Of a DNA stretch of 41,575 nucleotides, positions 34,403 to 41,575 are shown one piece after another. The first letter of the stretch is position 1. Each line of letters opens with the position of its first letter. The stretch lies in assembly GCA_964611705.1 (NCBI GenBank), contig CAZTAW010000001.1, forward strand, positions 1-41,575. Direction: 5' to 3'. The translations under genes were made by a program, and so were the position numbers. The stretch is from an uncultured Bacteroidales bacterium. GTDB lineage: Bacteria > Bacteroidota > Bacteroidia > Bacteroidales > JAIOZK01. The notes under the pieces were generated by a model. The model was not told where the DNA came from, searched no databases, and saw nothing but the letters and a program-made list of their open reading frames with translations.

Positions 34403-35001
34403 AACCCAATCTTACTGAAAAGGGAATAAGGGACTACAAGCTGGTTCAGAAGGCAATTCACGACGGTGACCAAAAAGCTTATGCCGAACTGATGAATTAC
34501 TACAGAGATTCCCTGTATTTTATGTTGCTGAAGATGACCAATAATCCCAATGATGCAGATGATCTCACCATAGAAGCATTTGGTAAAGCATTTAAAAACT
34601 TGCATCAATACACCCCTGATTTTGCATTCAGCACCTGGTTGTTTAAGATTGCCTCTAACAATTGTATTGATTTCATCAGAAAAAAGAAAAAGAACACCTT
34701 TTCTATGAATGAGGGTTACAGTGAGGATGACAGTGGCGAACTGGCTGAAAAAATTCCTTCCCGTTCGCTCGATCCCGAAGAAAATGTTATTAAGAATCAA
34801 AAAATACGCTTGATGCGAGATGTGGTCGAAAAGCTGAAACCACATTATCGTAAATTAATTGAATTAAGATATTTCAAAGAGTTATCTTATGAAGAAATTT
34901 CCCGGGAGCTAAATCTTCCCCTTGGAACAGTAAAAGCACAACTTTTCAGGGCCAGGGAATTTCTTTATAATATTCTGAAAAACTCACAGGAAAAGATTTA
35001 G
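34393..35001 (+). CDS. sigma-70 family (ECF-type) RNA polymerase sigma factor
   Basis: Region 2 (DADDLTIEAFGKAF...FSTWLFKIASNNCIDFIRKKK) and region 4 (LRYFKELSYEEISRELNLPLGTVKAQLFRAR) are present. The ATG overlaps the GT2 stop by 10 nt. Confidence 0.88.
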   Translation: MEIKPNLTEKGIRDYKLVQKAIHDGDQKAYAELMNYYRDSLYFMLLKMTNNPNDADDLTIEAFGKAFKNLHQYTPDFAFSTWLFKIASNNCIDFIRKKKKNTFSMNEGYSEDDSGELAEKIPSRSLDPEENVIKNQKIRLMRDVVEKLKPHYRKLIELRYFKELSYEEISRELNLPLGTVKAQLFRAREFLYNILKNSQEKI

Positions 35002-35023
35002 GAACACAAAAAATTATGTGAAG

Positions 35024-37030
35024 ATGGAGCGCAGAGAATTTCAAGAAGCAATTCTGGAAGGAATCCCGGTTGAATTGCCTAAAGTAAAACCTTATGATGA
35101 AAACATAAACCATGCACCGGTTCGAAAGGATATTCTTTCAAAAGACGAAAAGAAACTTGCATTAAAGAATGCACTTAGATATTTCCCTGAGAAATTCCAT
35201 AAGGAATTGGCTCCCGGTTTCGCAGAAGAGCTGAAAAAGTTTGGCAGGATTTATATGTACAGATTCAGGCCGGATTACAAAATTACGGCGAGGACAATAC
35301 ATGATTTTCCTTATAAATCTGAGCAGGCTGCAGCCATTATGCTTATGCTTAGCAATAACCTCGATGAAGCTGTTGCCCAGCATCCGCATGAATTGATCAC
35401 ATATGGTGGTAATGGTGCCGTTTTCCAGAACTGGGCACAATACAGGCTTACAATGAAATATCTTGCCGAAATGACAGATGAACAAACACTTGTTTTGTAT
35501 TCAGGCCATCCTATGGGATTGTTCCCATCACATAAGGATGCCCCACGTATAGTTGTAACAAACGGTATGGTTGTTCCAAATTATTCCAAACCGGATGACT
35601 GGGAAAAGTTTAATGCTTTGGGTGTTTCACAATACGGACAAATGACAGCCGGTTCGTTTATGTATATTGGCCCGCAGGGAATTGTTCATGGTACAACCAT
35701 TACAGTTATGAATGCCGGACGAATGATACAAAAAGATGGGGAAGGCCTGGGAGGTAAACTTTTTGTCAGTTCCGGACTCGGAGGTATGTCCGGGGCACAG
35801 GCAAAAGCTGCCGTAATTGCTGGTGCAATAGGTGTGATTGCAGAAATAAATTCTGCAGCAGCAAACAAAAGATATGAACAAGGATGGGTAGATGAATTGC
35901 ATCAATCTCTTGATGAACTTATTCCAAGAATCCAGGAAGCGAAAGCAAACCAGGAAGCTGTTTCACTGGCTTATCAGGGAAACATTATTGATTTGTGGGA
36001 AAGACTGGAAAAGGAAGATATTTTTGTTGAGATTGGCTCAGATCAAACTTCTTTACATAATCCTTTTGCCGGCGGATATTATCCTGCAGGATTATCTTTC
36101 GAAGAATCAAATAAAATGATGACATTAAATCCTGATGAGTTTAAAGATAAAGTCTACGAATCCTTGAAACGCCATGTTTATGCGATAAACAAGCTGACAG
36201 CAAAGGGAATGTACTTTTTTGATTATGGCAACGCTTTCCTGCTTGAATCGGGCAGGGCAGGAGCCGACATCTTTGATGATAAGGGCGAATTCAGGTATCC
36301 TTCCTATGTTCAGGATATTATGGGGCCAATGTGTTTTGATTACGGTTTTGGTCCTTTCCGCTGGGTTTGTACTTCCTCTGATCCGGAGGATTTAAAGATA
36401 ACAGATAAAATTGCAGGAGATATATTGGAAAAAATGACAAAAACTGCCCCGGATGAAGTCAAACAACAACTGAATGACAACCTGAAATGGATCAGGGCTG
36501 CAGAAGAAAACAAACTGGTTGTAGGTTCACAGGCTCGTATTTTGTATACCGATTGTGAAGGGCGTACCCGTATCGCTGAAGCCTTTAATAAAGCTATTAA
36601 AGAAGGAAAAGTAAAAGCACCCATCGTATTGGGCCGCGATCATCATGATGTTTCAGGAACTGATTCACCATACAGGGAAACTTCAAATATATATGATGGG
36701 TCCAAATATACTGCTGACATGGCTGTACAGAATGTAATTGGTGATGCATTCAGAGGGGCTACCTGGGTATCTATACACAATGGTGGTGGTGTAGGCTGGG
36801 GAGAAGTGATCAATGGAGGATTCGGGATGGTTTTGGATGGTAGTGATGATGCCGGCCGCCGGTTGAAAATGATGCTCCACTGGGACGTAAATAATGGTAT
36901 CGCCCGCCGTAGTTGGGCAAGAAATGATGGTGCTATTTTTGCCATTAAACGGGCAATGAAGGAAAATCCGCAACTTAAGGTTACCTTACCAAATATTGCA
37001 GATGATGATTTGGTAGATGAGGTGATTTAA
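35024..37030 (+). CDS. hutU: urocanate hydratase
   Basis: The protein is collinear with urocanase: ITYGGNGAVFQNW, GLGGMSGAQ (NAD site), ...RDHHDVSGTDSPYRETS..., IHNGGGVGWG. I prefer ATG 35024 to GTG 35018. Confidence 0.92.
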   Translation: MERREFQEAILEGIPVELPKVKPYDENINHAPVRKDILSKDEKKLALKNALRYFPEKFHKELAPGFAEELKKFGRIYMYRFRPDYKITARTIHDFPYKSEQAAAIMLMLSNNLDEAVAQHPHELITYGGNGAVFQNWAQYRLTMKYLAEMTDEQTLVLYSGHPMGLFPSHKDAPRIVVTNGMVVPNYSKPDDWEKFNALGVSQYGQMTAGSFMYIGPQGIVHGTTITVMNAGRMIQKDGEGLGGKLFVSSGLGGMSGAQAKAAVIAGAIGVIAEINSAAANKRYEQGWVDELHQSLDELIPRIQEAKANQEAVSLAYQGNIIDLWERLEKEDIFVEIGSDQTSLHNPFAGGYYPAGLSFEESNKMMTLNPDEFKDKVYESLKRHVYAINKLTAKGMYFFDYGNAFLLESGRAGADIFDDKGEFRYPSYVQDIMGPMCFDYGFGPFRWVCTSSDPEDLKITDKIAGDILEKMTKTAPDEVKQQLNDNLKWIRAAEENKLVVGSQARILYTDCEGRTRIAEAFNKAIKEGKVKAPIVLGRDHHDVSGTDSPYRETSNIYDGSKYTADMAVQNVIGDAFRGATWVSIHNGGGVGWGEVINGGFGMVLDGSDDAGRRLKMMLHWDVNNGIARRSWARNDGAIFAIKRAMKENPQLKVTLPNIADDDLVDEVI

Positions 37031-37070
37031 AGATGTTGATTTGATTTTGTTTTATCCTGAAAGATATTAC

Positions 37071-37091
37071 GCCCCCTTTGGGGCTTGTTTT
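37071..37091 (+). terminator. intrinsic terminator after hutU (also a REP-like hairpin)
   Basis: GCCCC-CTTT-GGGGC is followed by TTGTTTT. Confidence 0.6.
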
Positions 37092-37126
37092 AGAGATATG
37101 ATAAACACGGCTTTAATAGCAATTAA

Positions 37127-37173
37127 TAGCTCCAAAGGAGCTATATTAATTTGTCCGAAGGACTCCTTGGGAG
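37127..37173. repeat. REP-like short hairpins
   Basis: TAGCTCC-AAA-GGAGCTA lies at 37127-37143, GTCC-GAA-GGAC at 37153-37163, and (C)TCC-TTG-GGA(G) at 37163-37173. They are followed by the 12-nt direct repeat AAATTTGAAAAT at 37175 and 37191. Confidence 0.6.
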
Positions 37174-37303
37174 AAAATTTGAAAATGAGCAAATTTGAAA
37201 ATTAAAACCGCTACGCGGGAAATTCACCAATACCGATTATCGTGGCAATAAGACATAAGTTTTTGAAAGTAGATTTCAATAACCAACGTGTTTTTGATTT
37301 TAG

Positions 37304-37498
37304 TGTTTTTGTAGTGTAGAAAACGAACAACATGTTGGTTAGTTTTGTAGCCTAAGCGCCTATCTGGGTGGAATATGCAAAAGTCTTGAATCATACCCAG
37401 TAATGATAGGCGGATACCGGGATCATGTTCACATATTATGTTTGTTGTCAAGAAAGATTGCCTTAACCCAACCAATTAGCCCCGAAGGGGTGAAATAA
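37304..37498 (+). pseudogene. decayed N-terminal fragment of a Y1 (IS200/RAYT-like, PF01797-type) transposase
   Basis: One frame reads CFCSVENEQHVG-stop-FCSLSAYLGGICKSLESYPVMIGGYRDHVHILCLLSRKIALTQPISPEGVK-stop. Compare the family pattern as I recall it: ...VFSTKNRQ...YLGGI...GG..DHVHIL..LS..IAL. It has no start codon, stops lie upstream, and it is cut after about 65 aa at the hairpin GCCCC-GAA-GGGGT (37479-37491). Confidence 0.65.
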
Positions 37499-37499
37499 A

Positions 37500-39539
37500 T
37501 TATTCCGAATCTTTTACACAACGCACCGATAGGCGATCATCCGTAGGATTGTCCGTGACAACTAAGTGATCATCTATGGTCAGATAAATTGAATAAAACC
37601 CAGAGCCATCATATTGGGTTTTTGTCCAGAAGTAACCCCTGAACTCAATATGTACATATACTTCCGCCCACCAATCCCAATAACCACCTGGCAGCCCACC
37701 GAAACCATAAGTATCCGATCCGTTACTTCCACCGGGCCAACCTGTTCTTGACTTCAACCTTCTTCCTGCAATACCTGAACCACCACAATAATCAATAAGT
37801 TCATCCCAGTCAGCTTTGGTAGAGACATGCCAACCCGGTGGGCATCTTGGGTCAATTGGTGCATAAGCACCCCCATATAACCTGCCGTAAGTATTACAAT
37901 TCGATCCCATATTATCATAACACCAGGCGCCCCAGGGATGCAAATATCTCAGGTTCTCTGCCATCCAGCACTGGTCGCCAATTTGGGTAGTCGGATAAGT
38001 TCTTCCATCCCGCGGATCAACCATATCATTTCCACAAATAAACATGTCTACCTGTGCACTTGCATATGAGGAGTTATAAGAATCTTTAAAGGCATATACA
38101 CGATAATAATAAGTTTCTCCATTGATAAAGTTATCCTCGTCGGTGTATTCACACGTATTTGCCGGTAATTCTGCATAATTTGTTTCCCAGGCGCCACTAC
38201 CGACTTTTCGATCTATTTTGTATCCCTGTTCGCCATTACAATTATCTTCCCATAACAATTGAATTGTCATATCGCCGGGATTTATAAGCTCCAATGAGGA
38301 GGGTGCAGGAATATTTGAACTAACAAGTCCTTGTGCTGCATCGGAAGTAAAAGAGTTAACGCTTGCATATACACGATAATAGATGGTTTTGTTTAATGGG
38401 AAGTCTTCATCTTTATATGATTCAGTATTTGCAGGTAGTTCGGCATAATTGATCTCCCAGGAACTGTTGCCAATTTTTCTGTCAATCCGGTAACTGTTTT
38501 CCCATATAGTATTGTCATTCCATTCAATGTTAATTTCATCGAGTGAAACCATATCAATATCCAAACCATTAGGTGCCGGAATATCGGTATTTACAGATCC
38601 ATTAAGATATGATGAATTCAGGGTGCCGTTGTATGCATAAACCCGATATTCGATTACTTCATTGCAAACCGAATTGAAATCAGTAAAGGTGGTTTTGTTT
38701 TCTCCGACGTTTCCGTATTCTGTTTCCCAATCATGTCCTTCTATCCTTCTGTCAATTTTGAAACCTTCTTCACCATTGCTGTTATCAGTCCATCGTAATT
38801 TGTTTTTATTCCAGTCTTCTTTGGTAATTTGCAGATTTGTAGGCGCCGGTATTCCGGAAGTATACTGATTTACTTTATCTGAAGTATATTCATTCCAGTA
38901 AGCGTAAATTCTGTATTGTATCTCGCCATGATTTTTGCCATTAAGGGTATCATAGATCATTTCAATATCAGAACCTGTTTTTTTGTATCCGTTAACCCAG
39001 TCTCCATTGCCAATTTTTCGATCAATCTTAAATCCGGTTTCTCCATTACTCTGATCATCCCAGCTTAATTTCTTAACAACATCGGAAACTTTTTCAATAA
39101 GAAAATTTGCCGGGGGCGGGATGTTAAATTGTTTTTCAATGTTGGCAAACAAAGAAACACTGCTTCCCGACCAGGCATATACCCTGTAATAATAGGTTAA
39201 TGATGAATCCGGTACAACTGATTCATCGGTAACGTAATACTGATCTTTTGAAGAAGACAAATAAGCTATTTCCCAGTCGTTTTCATTTATTTTCCTGTCA
39301 ACTTTAAAGCCGTCAATTTTGGTATAATTAAAGCTCCAGGAAATTTTTTTGCTGGTAATGCTTATGTCGGTCACTTCCATGTTGGTTGGTTGCAAAAATA
39401 CAAGTTCCGGGTTCGAAGGGGGGTCGTCATTATTATTACCTTCTTCTTCATCCTTTTTACAGGAATTGAGAATTATCATTGTAATTGCAATCATGGTGGT
39501 TGCAGAAATAAAATAGGTAAGAAAAGATCTTGTTTTCAT
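37500..39539 (-). CDS. lipoprotein with five tandem FN3-like modules and a C-terminal FISUMP (Fibrobacter succinogenes major paralogous, TIGR02145-type) domain
   Basis: It has a lipobox ILNSC. Five ~90-aa repeats show W.DNSNGE.G(F/Y)KIDRK.G...W...Y......YYYRVYA. The C-terminus reads DPRDGRTYPTTQIGDQCWMAENL...YGRLY...CPPGWHVSTKADWDELI...SVRCVKD. Confidence 0.85.
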   Translation of the reverse strand: MKTRSFLTYFISATTMIAITMIILNSCKKDEEEGNNNDDPPSNPELVFLQPTNMEVTDISITSKKISWSFNYTKIDGFKVDRKINENDWEIAYLSSSKDQYYVTDESVVPDSSLTYYYRVYAWSGSSVSLFANIEKQFNIPPPANFLIEKVSDVVKKLSWDDQSNGETGFKIDRKIGNGDWVNGYKKTGSDIEMIYDTLNGKNHGEIQYRIYAYWNEYTSDKVNQYTSGIPAPTNLQITKEDWNKNKLRWTDNSNGEEGFKIDRRIEGHDWETEYGNVGENKTTFTDFNSVCNEVIEYRVYAYNGTLNSSYLNGSVNTDIPAPNGLDIDMVSLDEINIEWNDNTIWENSYRIDRKIGNSSWEINYAELPANTESYKDEDFPLNKTIYYRVYASVNSFTSDAAQGLVSSNIPAPSSLELINPGDMTIQLLWEDNCNGEQGYKIDRKVGSGAWETNYAELPANTCEYTDEDNFINGETYYYRVYAFKDSYNSSYASAQVDMFICGNDMVDPRDGRTYPTTQIGDQCWMAENLRYLHPWGAWCYDNMGSNCNTYGRLYGGAYAPIDPRCPPGWHVSTKADWDELIDYCGGSGIAGRRLKSRTGWPGGSNGSDTYGFGGLPGGYWDWWAEVYVHIEFRGYFWTKTQYDGSGFYSIYLTIDDHLVVTDNPTDDRLSVRCVKDSE
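38046..39410 (-). repeat. five tandem ~270-nt coding repeats (FN3-like modules) within the lipoprotein gene
   Basis: The IDR(K/R) cores fall at aa 79, 171, 261, 351 and 441. The IP(A/P)P linkers recur at aa 140, 230, 320 and 410. Confidence 0.8.
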
Positions 39540-39614
39540 GTTTTGTAAGTAAAATTGTAAAAGATTTTAGAATACGGTAAAATTAAAACTTTTTCTGAAT
39601 AAAAATAATGATTG

Positions 39615-39622
39615 TACTTTTG
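39615..39622 (+). promoter_or_regulatory. Bacteroidota -7 promoter box (TACTTTTG)
   Basis: Matches TAnnTTTG and lies 38 nt upstream of TTG 39661. Confidence 0.3.
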
Positions 39623-39660
39623 AAAATGCTTTTTGAAAACGAATTTAAATACAAACTGTT

Positions 39661-40254
39661 TTGATTCAGGATATTATAGAGATAGATAAAGAAGTTTTTT
39701 TGTTTCTTAACGGCATTCATAATGCGTTTTGGGATCAGGTGATGTTTTACATCAGCGAAAAATGGTTGTGGGTACCGTTGTATGTTTTTTTCCTTTTCCT
39801 GATCTGGAAAAAATATAAAAAGAAAACATGGATTATATTACTCGGAGCGGCTATTCTGATAACACTTACCGATCAAATTCATTTACATCTGTTTAAAAAT
39901 ATGTTTGAACGATTACGACCCACCCATGATGCAGACCTTCAGGGACTTGTTCATACTGTGAATAATTACCGGGGTGGAAAATTCGGTTTTGTTTCCGGAC
40001 ACGCATCCAATTCGTTTGCTATTGCTACTTTTCTTTCTGTATTTCTGGGAGTACACTACCGTTATTTCACACCCCTGGTTTTGTTTTGGGCTTCTTTGGT
40101 TTCATACAGTAGAATTTATCTTGGGGTTCATTTTCCCGCTGATGTTATATGCGGCGCAATCCTGGGTTGCCTGCTGGGTTTTTTAATTTCCTTTATTTGT
40201 AAGCAGATCATAGATAAATCAGAGAAAAAAACAAGGATGCAAGATATAATATAA
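39661..40254 (+). CDS. PAP2 family lipid phosphatase
   Basis: KNMFERLRP, SGHASN and SRIYLGVHFPADV are the three PAP2 motifs. It is a multi-TM protein with a TTG start. Confidence 0.85.
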   Translation: MIQDIIEIDKEVFLFLNGIHNAFWDQVMFYISEKWLWVPLYVFFLFLIWKKYKKKTWIILLGAAILITLTDQIHLHLFKNMFERLRPTHDADLQGLVHTVNNYRGGKFGFVSGHASNSFAIATFLSVFLGVHYRYFTPLVLFWASLVSYSRIYLGVHFPADVICGAILGCLLGFLISFICKQIIDKSEKKTRMQDII

Positions 40255-40278
40255 TCCTCTTCATTTCAACATCTTTCA

Positions 40279-40286
40279 TACCTTTG
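40279..40286 (+). promoter_or_regulatory. Bacteroidota -7 promoter box (TACCTTTG)
   Basis: Matches TAnnTTTG and lies 18 nt upstream of ATG 40305. It overlaps the track's GTG 40284 start. Confidence 0.4.
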
Positions 40287-40304
40287 TGCCTCTGTTTTAT
40301 TAAG

Positions 40305-41537
40305 ATGGTTTACAAAACACATATATTGGACAATGGCATTAAGATCATTCATAAACCCATTAGAAATGATGTGGCGCATTGCGGATTGATCATCAATGCT
40401 GCAACACGTGACGAAACCGATGATAATAACGGTATTGCCCATTTTATTGAACACATGATTTTTAAAGGAACCCAAAAACGAAAAGCCTTTCATATACTAA
40501 GCCGCATGGAAAATGTCGGTGGGGAGCTGAATGCATATACAACCAAAGAAGAAACCAGTATTTATACCTCTTTTCTTCCCAAATACTACGAGCGTGCCAT
40601 TGAATTGATTTTTGATATTATTTTTCATTCTGTTTTTCCTGAAAAGGAAATAAAAAAGGAGAAAGATGTAGTGACAGATGAGATCAATTCATACCGCGAT
40701 AATCCTTCGGAAGAAATTTACGATGATTTTGAAAACCTTTTATTCAGAGGACATCCTATGGGAAGAAATATTCTAGGTACGATTGAAAACGTGAAAGGTT
40801 TTTCCAGAAGAAAAATTCTGGACTATATCGGACAAAATTACCATACCGATCAAATGGTAATTTCTTCCGTTGGTAATATTGATTTTGAAAAGCTGAAAAA
40901 AATATGTGAAAAATATTTCTCCGGCATACCGGAAAATCCAGGAAAAAACCAACGCAAAACTTTTCAAAATTATAAACCACTTAACAAGATTGAGGAAAGA
41001 GAAGTTTTTCTTTCTCACGGATGTATTGGCAATCTGGCTTTTCCTATGAATGATAAACGACGTTTGCCGATGGTTTTGCTGAATAATATCCTGGGCGGAC
41101 CGGGCATGAACTCGAGATTGAACCTTGGAGTACGGGAAAAATATGGCTTTACTTACTCGATTGATTCACAATATATACCGTATTCCGATACAGGTGTTTT
41201 TTATATCTACCTTGGCACAGACAAAGGTTATATGGAAAAATCCATTGAATTGGTGCATAAAGAGCTACAAAAACTTCGGGCTGATTCATTGGGCGTTTTA
41301 CAATTGAAACGTGCAAAACAACAACTTATCGGGCAACTGGCCATTTCATTCGAGTCGAATCTGAATGAGATGCTTTCGATAGGCAGGGCATACTTGCATC
41401 TTGATTATGTGAAAACATTCGATCAGGTTATCAGAGAAATTGAAATAATTTCTGCCGGTGAACTAACTGATATTGCCAGACAGATTTTTGCACCTGATCA
41501 GTTAAGTACTTTGATTTTTAAGTCGAACAAAAATTAA
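40305..41537 (+). CDS. M16 family (pitrilysin/insulinase-like) zinc peptidase
   Basis: GIAHFIEHMIFKGT contains the inverted HxxEH zinc motif. A downstream EL.AYT block and a two-domain length are present. Confidence 0.88.
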   Translation: MVYKTHILDNGIKIIHKPIRNDVAHCGLIINAATRDETDDNNGIAHFIEHMIFKGTQKRKAFHILSRMENVGGELNAYTTKEETSIYTSFLPKYYERAIELIFDIIFHSVFPEKEIKKEKDVVTDEINSYRDNPSEEIYDDFENLLFRGHPMGRNILGTIENVKGFSRRKILDYIGQNYHTDQMVISSVGNIDFEKLKKICEKYFSGIPENPGKNQRKTFQNYKPLNKIEEREVFLSHGCIGNLAFPMNDKRRLPMVLLNNILGGPGMNSRLNLGVREKYGFTYSIDSQYIPYSDTGVFYIYLGTDKGYMEKSIELVHKELQKLRADSLGVLQLKRAKQQLIGQLAISFESNLNEMLSIGRAYLHLDYVKTFDQVIREIEIISAGELTDIARQIFAPDQLSTLIFKSNKN

Positions 41538-41545
41538 TTCCTGAA

Positions 41546-41575
41546 ATGATACCTCCCAAAATTGAAGAATATATT
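41546..41575 (+). CDS. start of an unidentified gene (runs off window)
   Basis: ATG 41546 lies 8 nt after the M16 stop. Only MIPPKIEEYI is visible. Confidence 0.3.
   Translation, partial: MIPPKIEEYI

Noticed and set aside
37224-37475. 83-aa ORF (-) from the track
   Set aside because: It is antisense to the Y1 transposase remnant. The recognisable homology (DHVHIL block) is on the plus strand.
1-41575. Search by eye for tRNA, rRNA, tmRNA, riboswitches, CRISPR arrays, retrons/DGRs, prophage or integrase genes
   Set aside because: No intergenic region shows a cloverleaf with a T-loop (GGTTCGAATCC-like motif) or regularly spaced direct repeats. I found no reverse-transcriptase or integrase ORFs. 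A covariance-model scan (Infernal/Rfam, tRNAscan-SE) would be needed to exclude small RNAs formally.

Overview
AT-rich chromosomal segment from a Bacteroidota bacterium. The diagnostic signals are T9SS C-terminal sorting domains, GldB, a FISUMP-domain lipoprotein and recurrent TAnnTTTG -7 promoter boxes. I call about 36 intact protein genes, mostly housekeeping and envelope functions: cysteate synthase-like PLP enzyme, OsmC, RtcB, ComM, GldB, two OM beta-barrel paralogues, NadE, NifU/ApbC, ATL, TrmB, SPOR protein, KdsB, dNK, GH3-family, IspE, LptF/G, LpxH, Tgt, ECF sigma, HutU, PAP2 and an M16 peptidase. By eye I found no rRNA, tRNA or CRISPR array. Accessory and decay traces are: (1) a small islet at 222-1516 holding an orphan group II intron domain V-VI scrap, a 108-bp structured repeat (second copy at 7970-8077) and an MNT/HepT toxin-antitoxin pair; (2) a decay zone at 14733-15556 with a GH43/CBM6 pseudogene and an orphan T9SS sorting-domain fragment; (3) two clusters of GC-rich REP-like hairpins (26958-27044 and 37071-37491), the second adjoining a decayed Y1 (RAYT/IS200-like) transposase fragment. 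I did not find a convincing self-contained new multi-gene system. The best candidate for under-described biology is the co-directional envelope string next to lpxH/lptFG: an LtaS-like transferase, two paralogous GT-C (ArnT-like) glycosyltransferases flanking a UPF0104 flippase-like protein, and a divergent membrane GT2. All family assignments come from motif recognition by eye. No searches were run.
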